A DNA stretch of 64,000 nucleotides from Malacoraja senta. Its lineage: Eukaryota. A program made the position numbers and the translations under genes. The notes beneath the pieces were generated by a model. The model did not search any database. It was not told the DNA's origin and was given only the letters and a program-made list of their open reading frames with translations. Within the stretch, counting starts at the first letter, position 1. Every line of letters starts with the position of its first letter. This document shows positions 23,102 through 34,229 of this stretch, piece by piece. The stretch spans positions 62,001-126,000 of the forward strand of contig JAXLNO010000627.1 of NCBI GenBank assembly GCA_038087875.1, in the 5' to 3' direction.

Positions 23102-26100
23102 TGTGAATGTAACTCTTGAATAAACGCTGTAAGATTGTTCTGTGAAGGTAAAATGGTTTGGCCAGGTGGAATGGAGGGATAGACAGAAAGGAAAAGGAGG
23201 TGGGGTAGCGTTGCTGGTTAGAGAGGAGATTAACGCAGTGGAAAGGAAGGACATTAGCTTGGAGGATGTGGAATCCGTATGGGTAGAGCTGCGAAACACT
23301 AAGGGGCAGAAAACGCTGGTGGGTGTTGTGTACAGGCCACCTAGCAGAGTAGTGAAGTTGGGGATGGCATCAAACAGGAAATAAGAAATGCGTGCAACAA
23401 AGGCAAAACAGTTATAATGGGTGACTTCAATCTACATATAGATTGGGTGAATCAAATTGGCAGGGGTGCTGAGGAAGAGGATTTCTTGGAATGTATGCGG
23501 GATAGTTATCTAAACCAACATGTAGAGGAACCAACGAGAGAGCAGGCTATTCTAGACTGGGTATTGAGTAATGAGGAAGGGTTAGTTAGCAGTCTTGTTG
23601 TGCGTGCCCCCTTGGGCAAGAGTGACCATAATATGGTTGAGTTCTTCATTAGGATGGAGAGTGACATTGTTAATTCAGAAACAACGGTTCTGAACTTAAA
23701 GAAAGGTAACTTTGAGGGTATGAGACATGAATTGGCCAAGATTGACTGGCAATTAGTTCTAAAAGGGTTGACGGTGGATATGCAATGGAAGGCATTTAAA
23801 GACTGCATGGATGAACTACAAAAATTGTTCATCCCAGTTTGGCAAAAGAATAAATCAGGGAAGGTAGTGCATCCGTGGATAACAAGGGAAATCAGGGATA
23901 GTATCAAAGCAAAAGATGATGCGTACAAATTAGCCAGAAAAAGCAGCATACCAGAGGACTGGGAGAAATTCAGAGACCAGCAGAGGAGGACAAAGGGCTT
24001 AATTAGGAAAGGGAAATAGATTATGAAAGGAAACTGGCAGGTAACATAAAAACTGACTGCAAAAGTTTTTATAGATATGTGAAGAGAAAGAGATTAGTTA
24101 AAACAAATGTAGGTCCCTTGCAGTCAGAAACAGGTGAATTGATCATGGGGAACAAGGATATGGCGGACCAATTGAATAACTACTTTGGTTCCGTCTTCAC
24201 TAAGGAAGACATAAATAATCTGCCGGAAATAGCAGGGGGCCACGGGTCAAAGGAGATGGAGGAACTGAGTGAAATCCAGGTTAGTCGGGAAGTGGTGTTG
24301 GGTAAATTGAATGGATTAAAGGCCAATAAATCACCAGGGCCAAATAGGCTACATCCCAGAGTACTTAAGGAAGTAGCTCCAGAAATAGTGGATGCATTAG
24401 TGATAATTTTTCAAAACTCTTTAGATTCTGGAGTAGTTCCTGAGGATTGGAGGGTAGAAAACGTAACCCCACTTTTTAAGAAGGGAGGGAGAGAGAAAAC
24501 AGGGAATTACAGACCAGTTAGTCTAACATCGGTAGTGGGGAAACTGCTAGAGTCAGTTATTAAAGATGGGATAGCAGCACATTTGGAAAGTGGTGAAATC
24601 ATTGGACGAATCTTATAGAATTTTTCGAGGATGTAACTAGTAGAGTGGATAGGGGAGAACCAGTGGATGTGTTGTATCTGGACTTTCAGAAGGCTTTCGA
24701 CAAGGTACCACATAAGAGATTAGGATACAAACTTAAATCACACGGTATTGGGGGTTCAGTATTGATGTGGATAGAGAACTGGCTGGCAAACAGGAAGCAA
24801 AGAGTAGGAGTAAACGGGTCCTTTTCACAATGGCAGGCAGTGACTAGTGGGGTACCGCAAGGCTCAGTGCTGGGACCCCAGCTATTTACAATTTATATTA
24901 ATGATCTGGACGAGGGAATTGAAAGTAACATCTCCAAGTTTGCGGATGACACTAAGCTGGGGGGCAGTGTTAGCTGTGAGGAGGATGCTAGGAGACTGCA
25001 AGGTGACTTGGATAGGCTGGGTGAGTGGGCAAATGTTTGGCAGATGCAGTATAATGTGGATAAATGTGAGGTTATCCACTTTGGTGGCAAAAACGGGAAG
25101 GCAGACTATTATCTAAATGGTGGCCGATTAGGAAATGGGGAGATGCAGCTAGACCTGGGTGTCATGGTACACCAGTCATTGAAAGTAGGATGCAGGTGCA
25201 ACAGGCAGTGAAGAAAGCGAATGGTATGTTGGCCTTCATAGCAAGAGGATTTGAGTATAGGAGCAGGGAGGTTCTACTGCAGTTGTACAGGGTCTTGGTG
25301 AGACCACACCTGGAGTACTGCGTACAGTTTTGGTCCCCAAATCTGAGGAAGGACATTATAGCCATGGAGGGAGTGCAGAGAAGGTTCACCAGACTGATTC
25401 CTGGGATGTCAGGACTTTCATATGAAGAAAGACTGGATAGACTTGGCTTATACTCGCTAGAATTTAGGAGATTGAGAGGGGATCTTATAGAAACGTACAA
25501 AATTCTTATGGGGTTGGACAGGCTAGATGCAGGAAGATTGTTCCCGATGTTGGGGAATTCCAGGACAAGGGGTCACAGCTTAAGGATAAGGGGGAAATCC
25601 TTTAAGACCGAGATGAGGAAAAACTTTTTCACACAGAGAGTGGTGAATCTCTGGAACTCTCTGCCACAGAGGGTAGTTGAGGCCAGTTCATTGGCTATAT
25701 TTAAGAGGGAGTTAGATGTGGCCCTTGTGGCTAAGGGGATCAGGGGGTATGGAGAGAAGGCAGGTACGGGATACTGAGTTGGATGATCAGCCCTGATCAT
25801 ACTGAATGGCGGTGCAGGCCCGACGGGCCGAATGGCCTACTCCTGCACCTATTTTCTATGTATCTATGTATCTAAAACATAAAATGTCTGCTGACCAAAG
25901 TTGCTGAATATGTAGCTGTAGGCTTCAGGAATTTGTGGTCAGGAGAAATACACATTGTCCTGCTGTTACTGCATATTCGCGACTATGGTATTAACTGCAC
26001 CCGTCTGACTGAGATAGCTGGCTCTCAGAAGTCTGAGGAATATACAAACCGCCGCTCTCAGAAGTCTGAGGAATGTACCTGTCTTATCTCTAGTATTGTT

Positions 26101-26348
26101 CCACTAAATAACACCTCCCAATATGTACGTGCCTGTGATCCTGACCATTGTTTCAGTAATATGGGAGGCATAAACCATAGCCTTAAAGTATATAAGGCAT
26201 TAAGAATTAAGGCGTTGAGCTTGACTCTTTGCTAGGTTGCTAACCTGTGTAAAGACTCCTGCTGAATAAACGTACATTTAAACGAATCCTGGTGTCCGGT
26301 TGATTATTGTCGAAACAACCGATGTAAGAGGAAATCGAGAGATTCACA
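23102..26348 (+). promoter_or_regulatory. ERV 3' LTR (~545 bp, in two pieces: 23102-~23172 and 25875-26348)
   Basis: 7-bp terminal inverted repeat TGTGAAT/ATTCACA; direct repeat GCTCTCAGAAGTCTGAGGAAT at 26022 and 26054; TATAA at about 26191; AATAAA at 26265. Confidence 0.8.
23175..25874 (+). mobile_element. Young CR1 LINE (APE endonuclease plus RT, 5'-truncated) inserted into the ERV LTR
   Basis: ORFs 23417-24019 (MGDFN, SDH), 24079-24618, 24645-25211 (YLDFQKAFDKV, FADD) and 25190-25777; (TCTATGTA)n tail. Confidence 0.95.
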
Positions 26349-27302
26349 AGTGAGTGGGTGAGTGAGTGGGTGGGTGAGTCAGTGGGTGGGTGAGTGGGCA
26401 GGTGAGTGAGTGTGAGTGGGTGGGTGAGTGCGTGAATGTGTGGGTGAGTGTGCGGGTAATTGGGCAGGTGAGTGAGTGAGTGGGTGGGTGAGTGAATGGG
26501 TGAGTGGGTGAGTGAGTGAGTAGGTGAGTGAGTGGGTGGGTGAGTCAGTGGGTGGGTGAGTGGGCAGGTGAGTGAGTGTGAGTGGGTGGGTGAGTGAGTG
26601 AATGTGTGGGTGAGTGTGCGGGTAATTGGGCAGGTGAGTGAGTGAGTGGGTGGGTGAGTGAATGGGTGAGTGAGTGGATTAGTGAGTGTGAGTGAGGGGT
26701 GGGCGAGAGTGAATGGGTGAGTGAGTGATCAGGTGAGTGAGTGAGTGGGTGAGTGAGTAGGTGAGTGAGTGGGTGCGTGAGTGAGTGGGTGAGTGAGTGG
26801 GTGTGTAAGTGTGTGGGAGTGTGGGTTTGTGAGTGTGAATGTGTGTGTGAGTGTGTGTGTTTGTGCGTGCGTGTGTACATGCGTGTGTGTGTGGGAGTGT
26901 GTGGGAGTGTGTGTGGTCGGGTGAGTGGGCGGGTGAGTGAGTGGGCGCGTGAGTGAGTAGGCGGGTGAGTGAGTGGGCGGGTGAGTGAGTGGGTGAGTGT
27001 GGGTGAGTGAGTCAGTGGGTGAGTTTGGGCAGGTGAGTGAGTGTGAGTGGGTGCGTGAGTGAGTGCGGGTGAGTGAGTGAGTGGGTGTGAGTGGGCGGGT
27101 GAGTGAGTGGGTGAGGGAGTGGGTGAGTGTGTGTGAGGGGTGGGTGAGAGTGAATGGGTGGATGAGTGAGTGGGCGGGTGAGTGAGTGGGTGAGTGAGTG
27201 GGTGGGTGAGTGAGTGAATGGGAGTGAGTGGGTGGGTGAGTGTGTGGGAGTGTGTGTGGGTTTGTGTGTGTGAATGTGTGCGTGAATGTGTGTGTGAGTG
27301 GG

Positions 27303-27333
<31 letters not shown>

Positions 27334-28587
27334 ATGTGTGCGTATGTGTGTGCGTGAATGTGTGCGTGTATGTGTGAGTGGGTGTGGGAGTGGGTGTGGG
27401 AGTGTGTGGGAGTGTGTGTCGTGGTGTGTGTCGGGTTGTGAGTGAGTGTGTGTGGGTTTGTGAGTGTGGGTGTATGAATGTGGGTGTATGAATGTGTGTG
27501 TGGGTGTGTGTGTGAGTGTGTGTGGGTGTGTGGGTTTGTGAGTGAGTGGGCAGGTGAGTGAGTGGGCGGGTGAGTGAATGGGCGGGTGAGTGGGTGAGTG
27601 AGTGTGCGGGTGAGTGAGTGGGTGAGTGAGTGGGTGAGTGAGTGAGCATGCGGGTGAGTGGGTGGGTGAGTAGCTGGGTGGGTGAGTGAGTGAGTAAGTG
27701 GGTGACTGAGTGGGTGAGTGAGTGGGCAGGTGAGTGAGTGGGTGAGTGAGTGGGCGGGTCAGTGAGTGGGCGCCTGAGTGGGTGGGTGAGTGGGTGAGTG
27801 AGTAAATGGTTGTGAGTGGGTGAGTGATTGAGTGGGCGGGTGAATGAGTGGGCGCGTGAGTGAGTGGGTGAGTGAATTAATGGGCGAGTGAGTGAGTGGG
27901 CGCGTGAGTGTGGGCGAGTGAGTGAGTGAGTGGGCGGGTGAGTGAGTGAGTGGGCGGGTGAGTGAGTGGGCGCGTGGGTGTGAATGAGTGGTGAGTGAGT
28001 GGGCGGGTGAGTGGGCAGGTGAGTGGGCGGGTGAGTGAGTGGGTGAAGGAGTGGGCGGGTGAGTGGGTTAGTGAGTGGGCGAGTGAGTTAGCGAGCGAGT
28101 GGGCAGGTGAGTGGGTGAACGAGTGGGCGGGTGAGTGGGCAAGTGAGTGGGTGAGTGAGTGGGTGAGTGGGTGGCTGAGTGGGTTGATGAGTCAGTGGGT
28201 GAGTGAGTGGCCAGGTGAGTGAATGTGTGGGTGAGTGGGCGGGTAATTGGGCGAGTGAGTGAGTGGGTGAGTGAGTGGGTGGGTGAGTGAATGGGTGAGT
28301 GATTGGATGAGTGAGTGGGTGAGTGAGTGTGAGTGAGGGGTGGGCGAGAGTGAATGGGTGAGTGAGTGATCGGGTGAGTGAGTGAGTGGGTGCGTGAGTG
28401 AGTGAGTGCGTGAGTGAGTGGGTGCGTAAGTGTGTGTGGGTTTGTGAGTGTGAGTGTGTGAATGTGTGCGTGAGTGTGTGTGTGAGTGTGTGTGTGTGTG
28501 CGTGCGTGCGTGCGTACGTGCGTGTGTGAGTGTGTGTGGGAGTGTGTGTCGGGGTGTGTGGGAGTGTGTGTGGGGGTGTGTGAATGT
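26349..28587. repeat. Compound (GAGT/GGGT/GT)n microsatellite field with internal block duplications
   Basis: Directly visible. His/Thr-rich ORFs over this region are artefacts. Confidence 0.95.
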
Positions 28588-28599
28588 GGTACCCGGACG

Positions 28600-28900
28600 C
28601 GGCGCCGACAGACAAGAGGCCGAAGCAAAGAAGCCGAAGCCAAAGAACCAAATAGAAACGAGGCCGAAACGCCAATGAACCGAAAGAGTCCGAAGACGAA
28701 ACGCCTACTAGCCGAAAGTATGGGACGCCTAAATGGAAACTAACCGAAAGGGCGGGATGCCTAAAAGCCAGCGAACCGAAAGGCTGCGTCGCCTTAAAGC
28801 AAACTTACCGAATGGCCGCTCTGTCGAAACGCAACCTACCCGAAAGGCGGCGGCGCCTACAGGTCAAAGGACCGACAGCCGCTCAACAGAAACGTCCAAT
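28600..28900. repeat. Degenerate 16/32-bp phased CCGAA array
   Basis: CCGA-type cores at 28680, 28712, 28744, 28776, 28808, 28840 and 28872, with half-phase CGAAAC/CCTAAA-type cores between them. Confidence 0.7.
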
Positions 28901-29939
28901 AACGGACTTGACGTTGCCGCGGGGCTAGACTTGTCAGCGATTGGTCCAGACCCCCGCGTCCATCACATCACTGTGAAGGCATGAACATTGTCCCAAACAT
29001 CCGCTCCACCCGACCCGCAGCCCGCGGAGGGTGGCCGTGGGAGAGTGGAGGCTGTCCCGAAGAGTGCACACCTTCGGCCGCTTTCAACTTGGTGCTTGGG
29101 TTCAGACTGCCCAGTCACCTATGGCTTGTGTGAGAAAATGAACCCCACGCTCCGGTCTCCCCCTCTCTCCCCTCTTCTCTCTCTCCCCCTCTCTCACCCC
29201 CTCTCTCTCTCCCTCCTCTCTCTCCACCTTCTCTCTCCCCCCCACCCCTGCTCTCTTTCCCATCTCTCTCTCCCGTTCTCTCCCCCTTCTCTCTCTCCTC
29301 CGTCTCCACCCGCGGGATCGTCGCAGTCACTCGACTGACCGCGATGCACCGCCATCGGACCCCCCCCCCCCTCCGACCCCTGGACTTTGACACCCACACC
29401 AGGGTGATTCACCCCGGCCGCGGGGACAGAAGGTTTATTTATTACCGTCTCGGAACGCACCCAAGCTCCCACGCACAAAACAGGCAGCATCTCTGGAGAG
29501 AAGGGATGGGTGACGTTTCGTGCCGAGACCATTCTTCATAGTGCGTCTGAAGGGTCTCGACCAGAAACGCCACCCATTCCTTCTCTCCAGAGATGCTGCC
29601 TCTTCATGCTGAGTTACTCCAGCATTTTGTGTTTATCTTTGGTGTGAGAGTTGTGTCATTTCATCGGCTTGGTGTATTGCGCGCCCAGGAGAGACGCTGG
29701 ACATGCCGCTGGCATCTATTCAAACAAGTGCGCTCAAATTGAAATCCCACATCTTTGCGAGGGAGGGATGGAATAGATGTAATCGCCGGCTAAAACAAAG
29801 TCCGTTAGGACAGGGAAATAATGCCACCTGTTAATTAACCATGTTCCCGAATGTAAGAACGATTTATACATGTAATACATGATATACACCAGTTAATTAA
29901 CCATGTATAAATGTATATCATTTACATATGCCCTTGCTC

Positions 29940-30830
29940 CAGCCACCAGCCCCCCCCCCCCGTGTCGAAGCGCGTGATCACGTGATCTACATAACGGCCG
30001 TTGAGACGCTCTCCGCCCACAACCCGCCCCAAAACACAGGTTTTATAAACATCTAAGTATTAATACTCTACCCCCTCCCTATCTACCCCCCTCCTCCACC
30101 TCTCGCCCCTCCCCCCTCCTCTCTCCACCCCCCTTCTCTACCAACCCCCCACCCCCTTCTCTTTACCCGCCCCCCTCCTCTTCTCCCCCCCCCCCCTTCT
30201 CCTCTCCGCGAACAGAAAATAACATTCAGGACAGAATAATATCGACAGAAAACAATAATATTTCCTCACCTTTCTTTGAATCCTTCAAAATGCGGCGAAC
30301 AATCGACCCCCGCGCGGGCGCGATCTCAACGGCCGCCCGACTTGGCGCGAAGAGGCAGCGCGCGGGGACGCCGGCGGCAGCCAATGGGATGCATGGTGGT
30401 GGTGGGGGGGGGGGGGGGGTGGTGACAGCGCGCGAGGCCCCGCCATACCAAGCATGCGCGGGCAGCTGCAAGGTGCTCGCTCCGGCGCCAGCTGTCGTCG
30501 CTCCCCCGCACGGCTCCAGCTTTCCACGCCCGTTAACCTCCCGCCTCCCCAACTCTCCAGCCCATTAACATCCCGCCTCCTCCCCCGCCGTCGACTTCCT
30601 TTAACCTCCCGCCGACCCAACTATTAACGCTGGTTCGCTCACGGCCTCCAGCTGTTGACACTCCCGCCCGCCTTCACCCTCTCAATTGTCGGCGCCCATC
30701 AACCACCCGCACTACCCCCTCCCCCCCCCCCCCCCCAGCTGTGTCCGCCCGTTAACCGCACGGTCGAACTGTTGCCCTCGCCCATACACTCAATCAATTG
30801 TTCAATGCCCGTTGACCGCCCGTCCCCCCC
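29940..30830 (-). promoter_or_regulatory. CpG island with a putative minus-strand non-coding first exon (donor AAG|GTGAGG at 30270)
   Basis: Dense CpG; palindromic E-box GATCACGTGATC (~29976-29987); TAACGGCCGTTG double MYB site (29992-30003); CCAAT at 30381; GC boxes. Confidence 0.55.
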
Positions 30831-30832
30831 CC

Positions 30833-31420
30833 CAAACTGTCGACGCTCGGCCGTCAGCTGTTGACCCTCGCTCATTCACGTACCCCAACTGTCGTCGCTC
30901 GGCCGTCCAGCTGTTGACCCTCGCTCATTCACGTACCCCAACTGTCGTCGCTCGGCCGTCCAGCTGTTGACCCTCGCTCATTCACGTACCCCAACTGTCG
31001 TCGCTCGGCCGTCAGCTGTTGACCCTCGCTCATTCACGTACCCCAACTGTCGTCGCTCGGCCGTCCAGCTGTTGACCCTCGCTCATTCACGTACCCCAAC
31101 TGTCGACGCTCGGCCGTCAGCTGTTGACCCTCGCTCATTCACGTACCCCAACTGTCGTCGCTCGGCCGTCCAGCTGTTGACCCTCGCTCATTCACGTACC
31201 CCAACTGTCGTCGCTCGGCCGTCCAGCTGTTGACCCTCGCTCATTCACGTACCCCAACTGTCGTCGCTCGGCCGTCAGCTGTTGACCCTCGCTCATTCAC
31301 GTACCCCAACTGTCGTCGCTCGGCCGTCCAGCTGTTGACCCTCGCTCATTCACGTACCCCAACTGTCGTCGCTCGGCCGTCCAGCTGTTGACCCTCGCTC
31401 ATTCACGTACCCCAACTGTC
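30833..31420. repeat. 52-53-bp minisatellite, about 11 copies, each with CCAACTGTC and CAGCTG
   Basis: Unit CCAACTGTCGTCGCTCGGCCGT(C)CAGCTGTTGACCCTCGCTCATTCACGTACC. Confidence 0.95.
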
Positions 31421-31440
31421 GAACATCGCACCTGGGCTGC

Positions 31441-32345
31441 CCGACCAACTGTCAACGCTCGCTCCCGGCCCGACCAACTGTCAACGCTCGCTCCCGGCCC
31501 GACCAACTGTCAACGCTCGCTCCCGGCCCGACCAACTGTCAACGCTCGCTCCCGGCCCGACCAACTGTCAACGCTCGCTCCCGGCCCGACCAACTGTCAA
31601 CGCTCGCTCCCGGCCCGACCAACTGTTGACGCTCGCTCCCGGCCCGACCAACTGTCAACGCTCGCTCCCGGCCCGACCAACTGTCAACGCTCGCTCCCGG
31701 CCCCACCAACTGTTGACGCTCGCTCCCGGCCCGACCAACTGTTGACGCTCGCTCCCGGCCCGACCAACTGTCAACGCTCGCTCCCGGCCCCACCAACTGT
31801 CAACGCTCGCTCCCGGCCCGACCAACTGTTGACGCTCGCTCCCGGCCCGACCAACTGTCAACGCTCGCTCCCGGCCCCACCAACTGTTGACGCTCGCTCC
31901 CGGCCCGACCAACTGTTGACGCTCGCTCCCGGCCCGACCAACTGTCAACGCTCGCTCCCGGCCCCACCAACTGTTGACGCTCGCTCCCGGCCCGACCAAC
32001 TGTTGACGCTCGCTCCCGGCCCGACCAACTGTCAACGCTCGCTCCCGGCCCCACCAACTGTTGACGCTCGCTCCCGGCCCGACCAACTGTCAACGCTCGC
32101 TCCCGGCCCGACCAACTGTTGACGCTCGCTCCCGGCCCGACCAACTGTCAACGCTCGCTCCCGGCCCCACCAACTGTTGACGCTCGCTCCCGGCCCGACC
32201 AACTGTCAACGCTCGCTCCTGGGCTGCCCGACCAACTGTCAACGCTCGCTCCCGGCCCGACCAACTGTTGACGCTCGCTCCCGGCCCGACCAACTGTCAA
32301 CGCTCGCTCCTGGGCTGCCCGACCAACTGTCGACGCTCGCTCCCG
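31441..32345. repeat. 29-bp minisatellite, about 31 copies, each with CCAACTGT
   Basis: Unit CCGACCAACTGT(CA/TG)ACGCTCGCTCCCGGC. Confidence 0.95.
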
Positions 32346-32527
32346 CGCAATGGCGGCCGTTGCTTCCCGCCCCGCCCGCACTGAAAGCGGCCGCTTCTTT
32401 TCAAATCCTAAATGCCGAGTCATTTTGCCCGGCTTGGCACTGCAGATACTGGTTTATAACGAAGATACATAATAGATACAAAAAACTGGAGTGACTCAGC
32501 GTCGACATTTTATAACCTTGTGACTAT

Positions 32528-33429
32528 AGGGGCGTTGCACGTAAGGTCACTGGGTCACAGGGCTTGACGCACGGAGCCGCTCAATCCATCTGGAGGACAT
32601 CCGTAACTTCCGGTATATGTTATTAATGCAAGAAACGCGTACTTTCCTACCTGTTAAAAGCCGCCAAAATGTTGCATTTTTGCGCTGTAAAAAATTGTGG
32701 AAGTCGGGGTAAGTGTGAGAGACATGTACCCAACTTCAGAATTCCAAAACAAGCGAAATGAAGGTAAAGAGAAGCGAGAGCTCAAGGGACAACAACAGCT
32801 AAAGTGCTTGGCGAACATTGGCCGTGCAAATATCGGAATTGAAAATATTGGGAATTATCGCGTTTGCTCACTGCATTTCATCAACAGTGAGGCATTATTT
32901 GTGGTTTTTCTTGATTCATTTGTTATCTAAAAAGTCTCAGAAGTGATAAATCTGGCTGTAAATTTTGCTTCAGAGGCGTTTTCTTTTTGTATGTAAAAAC
33001 CCACTTGAGAACCATGGGCGATTTTAAAATTTTACAGCTAGATTTATCACTGAAACTTTTTAGATGCCAAAGGAATCAAGAAAAAACACAAATAATGCCT
33101 TAGTTGATGAAATGCAGTGAGCAAACGGCCAATGTTCGCCAAGCACTGGCTGTTGTTGTCCCTTCAGCTCTCGTTTCTATCCACCGTCATTTCTCCTCAC
33201 TTTTGGAATTCTGAAGTAGGATAAATGTCACTCACGCTTATCCCGATTTCCATAATTATTTACAGCGCAAAAATTGACAATTTCGGCGGGTTTTAAAGGG
33301 CCCGCTACGCTGGAAACAATGGTCAGTGCTCACCTGCAGTTCATCGCGTGTACTCCAGTTGGAGTAGCGTAGCAACAGTACTGGTCATGGGTCCCGACTG
33401 CCGCGACCCGACTGCCGTGAAGCCTCCCT
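32528..33429 (+). mobile_element. Non-autonomous DNA transposon with two inverted THAP-domain remnants (ISL2EU/PIF-Harbinger-like)
   Basis: Imperfect TIRs AGGGGCGTTGCACG / AGGGAGGCTTCACG with AT on both flanks. From ATG 32669 it reads MLHFCAVKNC...FRIPK/.../RVCSLHF (C2CH THAP). Internal inverted arms ~32652-32966 and ~33025-33296. Confidence 0.75.
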
Positions 33430-33657
33430 ATAAACACATGTCATGTATATATAACAAACACCTTTAATTATTTCCCTGTACGAAATACCAGATGTGCCTT
33501 TTATTTTATAATTTAATTGTAAATGTACCTGTTAACCTTATTGCTAAGTTCAAGTGTATTGTTTATAGACAATAGGTGCAGGAGTAGGCCATTCGGCCAG
33601 TTGAGCCAGCACCGCCATTCAATGTGATCATGGCTGATCATCCCCAATCAGTACCAA

Positions 33658-34189
33658 TCTCCATACTTATAAAACTCTGATCTTGGATGTGTGTGTATTT
33701 GTGCAATGTTCGTGTGCGTTTCACATCTCGAAAACACGACGCGCTAACGGTGAAATTTTTACATATTCCGATAGAGGTTTACATCGTGATGTCCTGGAGA
33801 TTGGGTGAGGATGGGGTAAAAGGAGCCATTGAATAATAATATAATATCAAGGGGGTGGTTAGTGTGTGTGCCTGGGGGGTTAGTGTGTGTGCCTGGGGGG
33901 GGGGTGTGGTGGTTAGTCTGTGTGTGGTCGCAGCCCTCCCCCGCAACCTCTCCACTCCCCCTCCACCTCCCTCCCCCCTTCCCCCCCCCTCCCCACTCTC
34001 TCCCCCTCTTCTTCCCCCCACGCCCCCTCTCCCCTCCCTCCCGTTCCCCTCTGCCCATCTCCCCACTCTCATTCCACCTCACCCCCCCCGTGTGTGTGTG
34101 GGGTGGTTTGTCTGTGTGTGGAGCCACAGCAACCCGCCGTCAAACGCGAGTTGGAGGTAACAGACCCAACAGGTCTGCACTTGGTCTGG
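33658..34189 (+). mobile_element. Non-autonomous Helitron-like element
   Basis: A|TC...CATACTTATAAAACT 5' end; 3' hairpin GACCCAACAGGTC followed by CTGG|T (CTRR); no TSD. Confidence 0.65.
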
Positions 34190-34229
34190 TCAACAATAAA
34201 AATAGAAGTGGAGTGCTTTTCAGCTGACA

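Larger units (their letters stand above)
21156..26348 (+). mobile_element. 5'-deleted endogenous retrovirus: integrase C-terminus, env, PPT, 3' LTR
   Basis: WVHLHHCK integrase-tail motif at 21163; polypyrimidine splice acceptor 21313-21343; env; PPT AAAAGGGGGGA 23090-23100; LTR ends TGTGAAT...ATTCACA. Confidence 0.9.

Noticed and set aside
26545..28675. His/Thr-rich ORFs up to 306 aa
   Set aside because: Translations of microsatellite.
31388..32423. Repetitive 244-aa and overlapping ORFs
   Set aside because: Products of the 29-bp repeat, whose unit length is not a multiple of 3; open on both strands.
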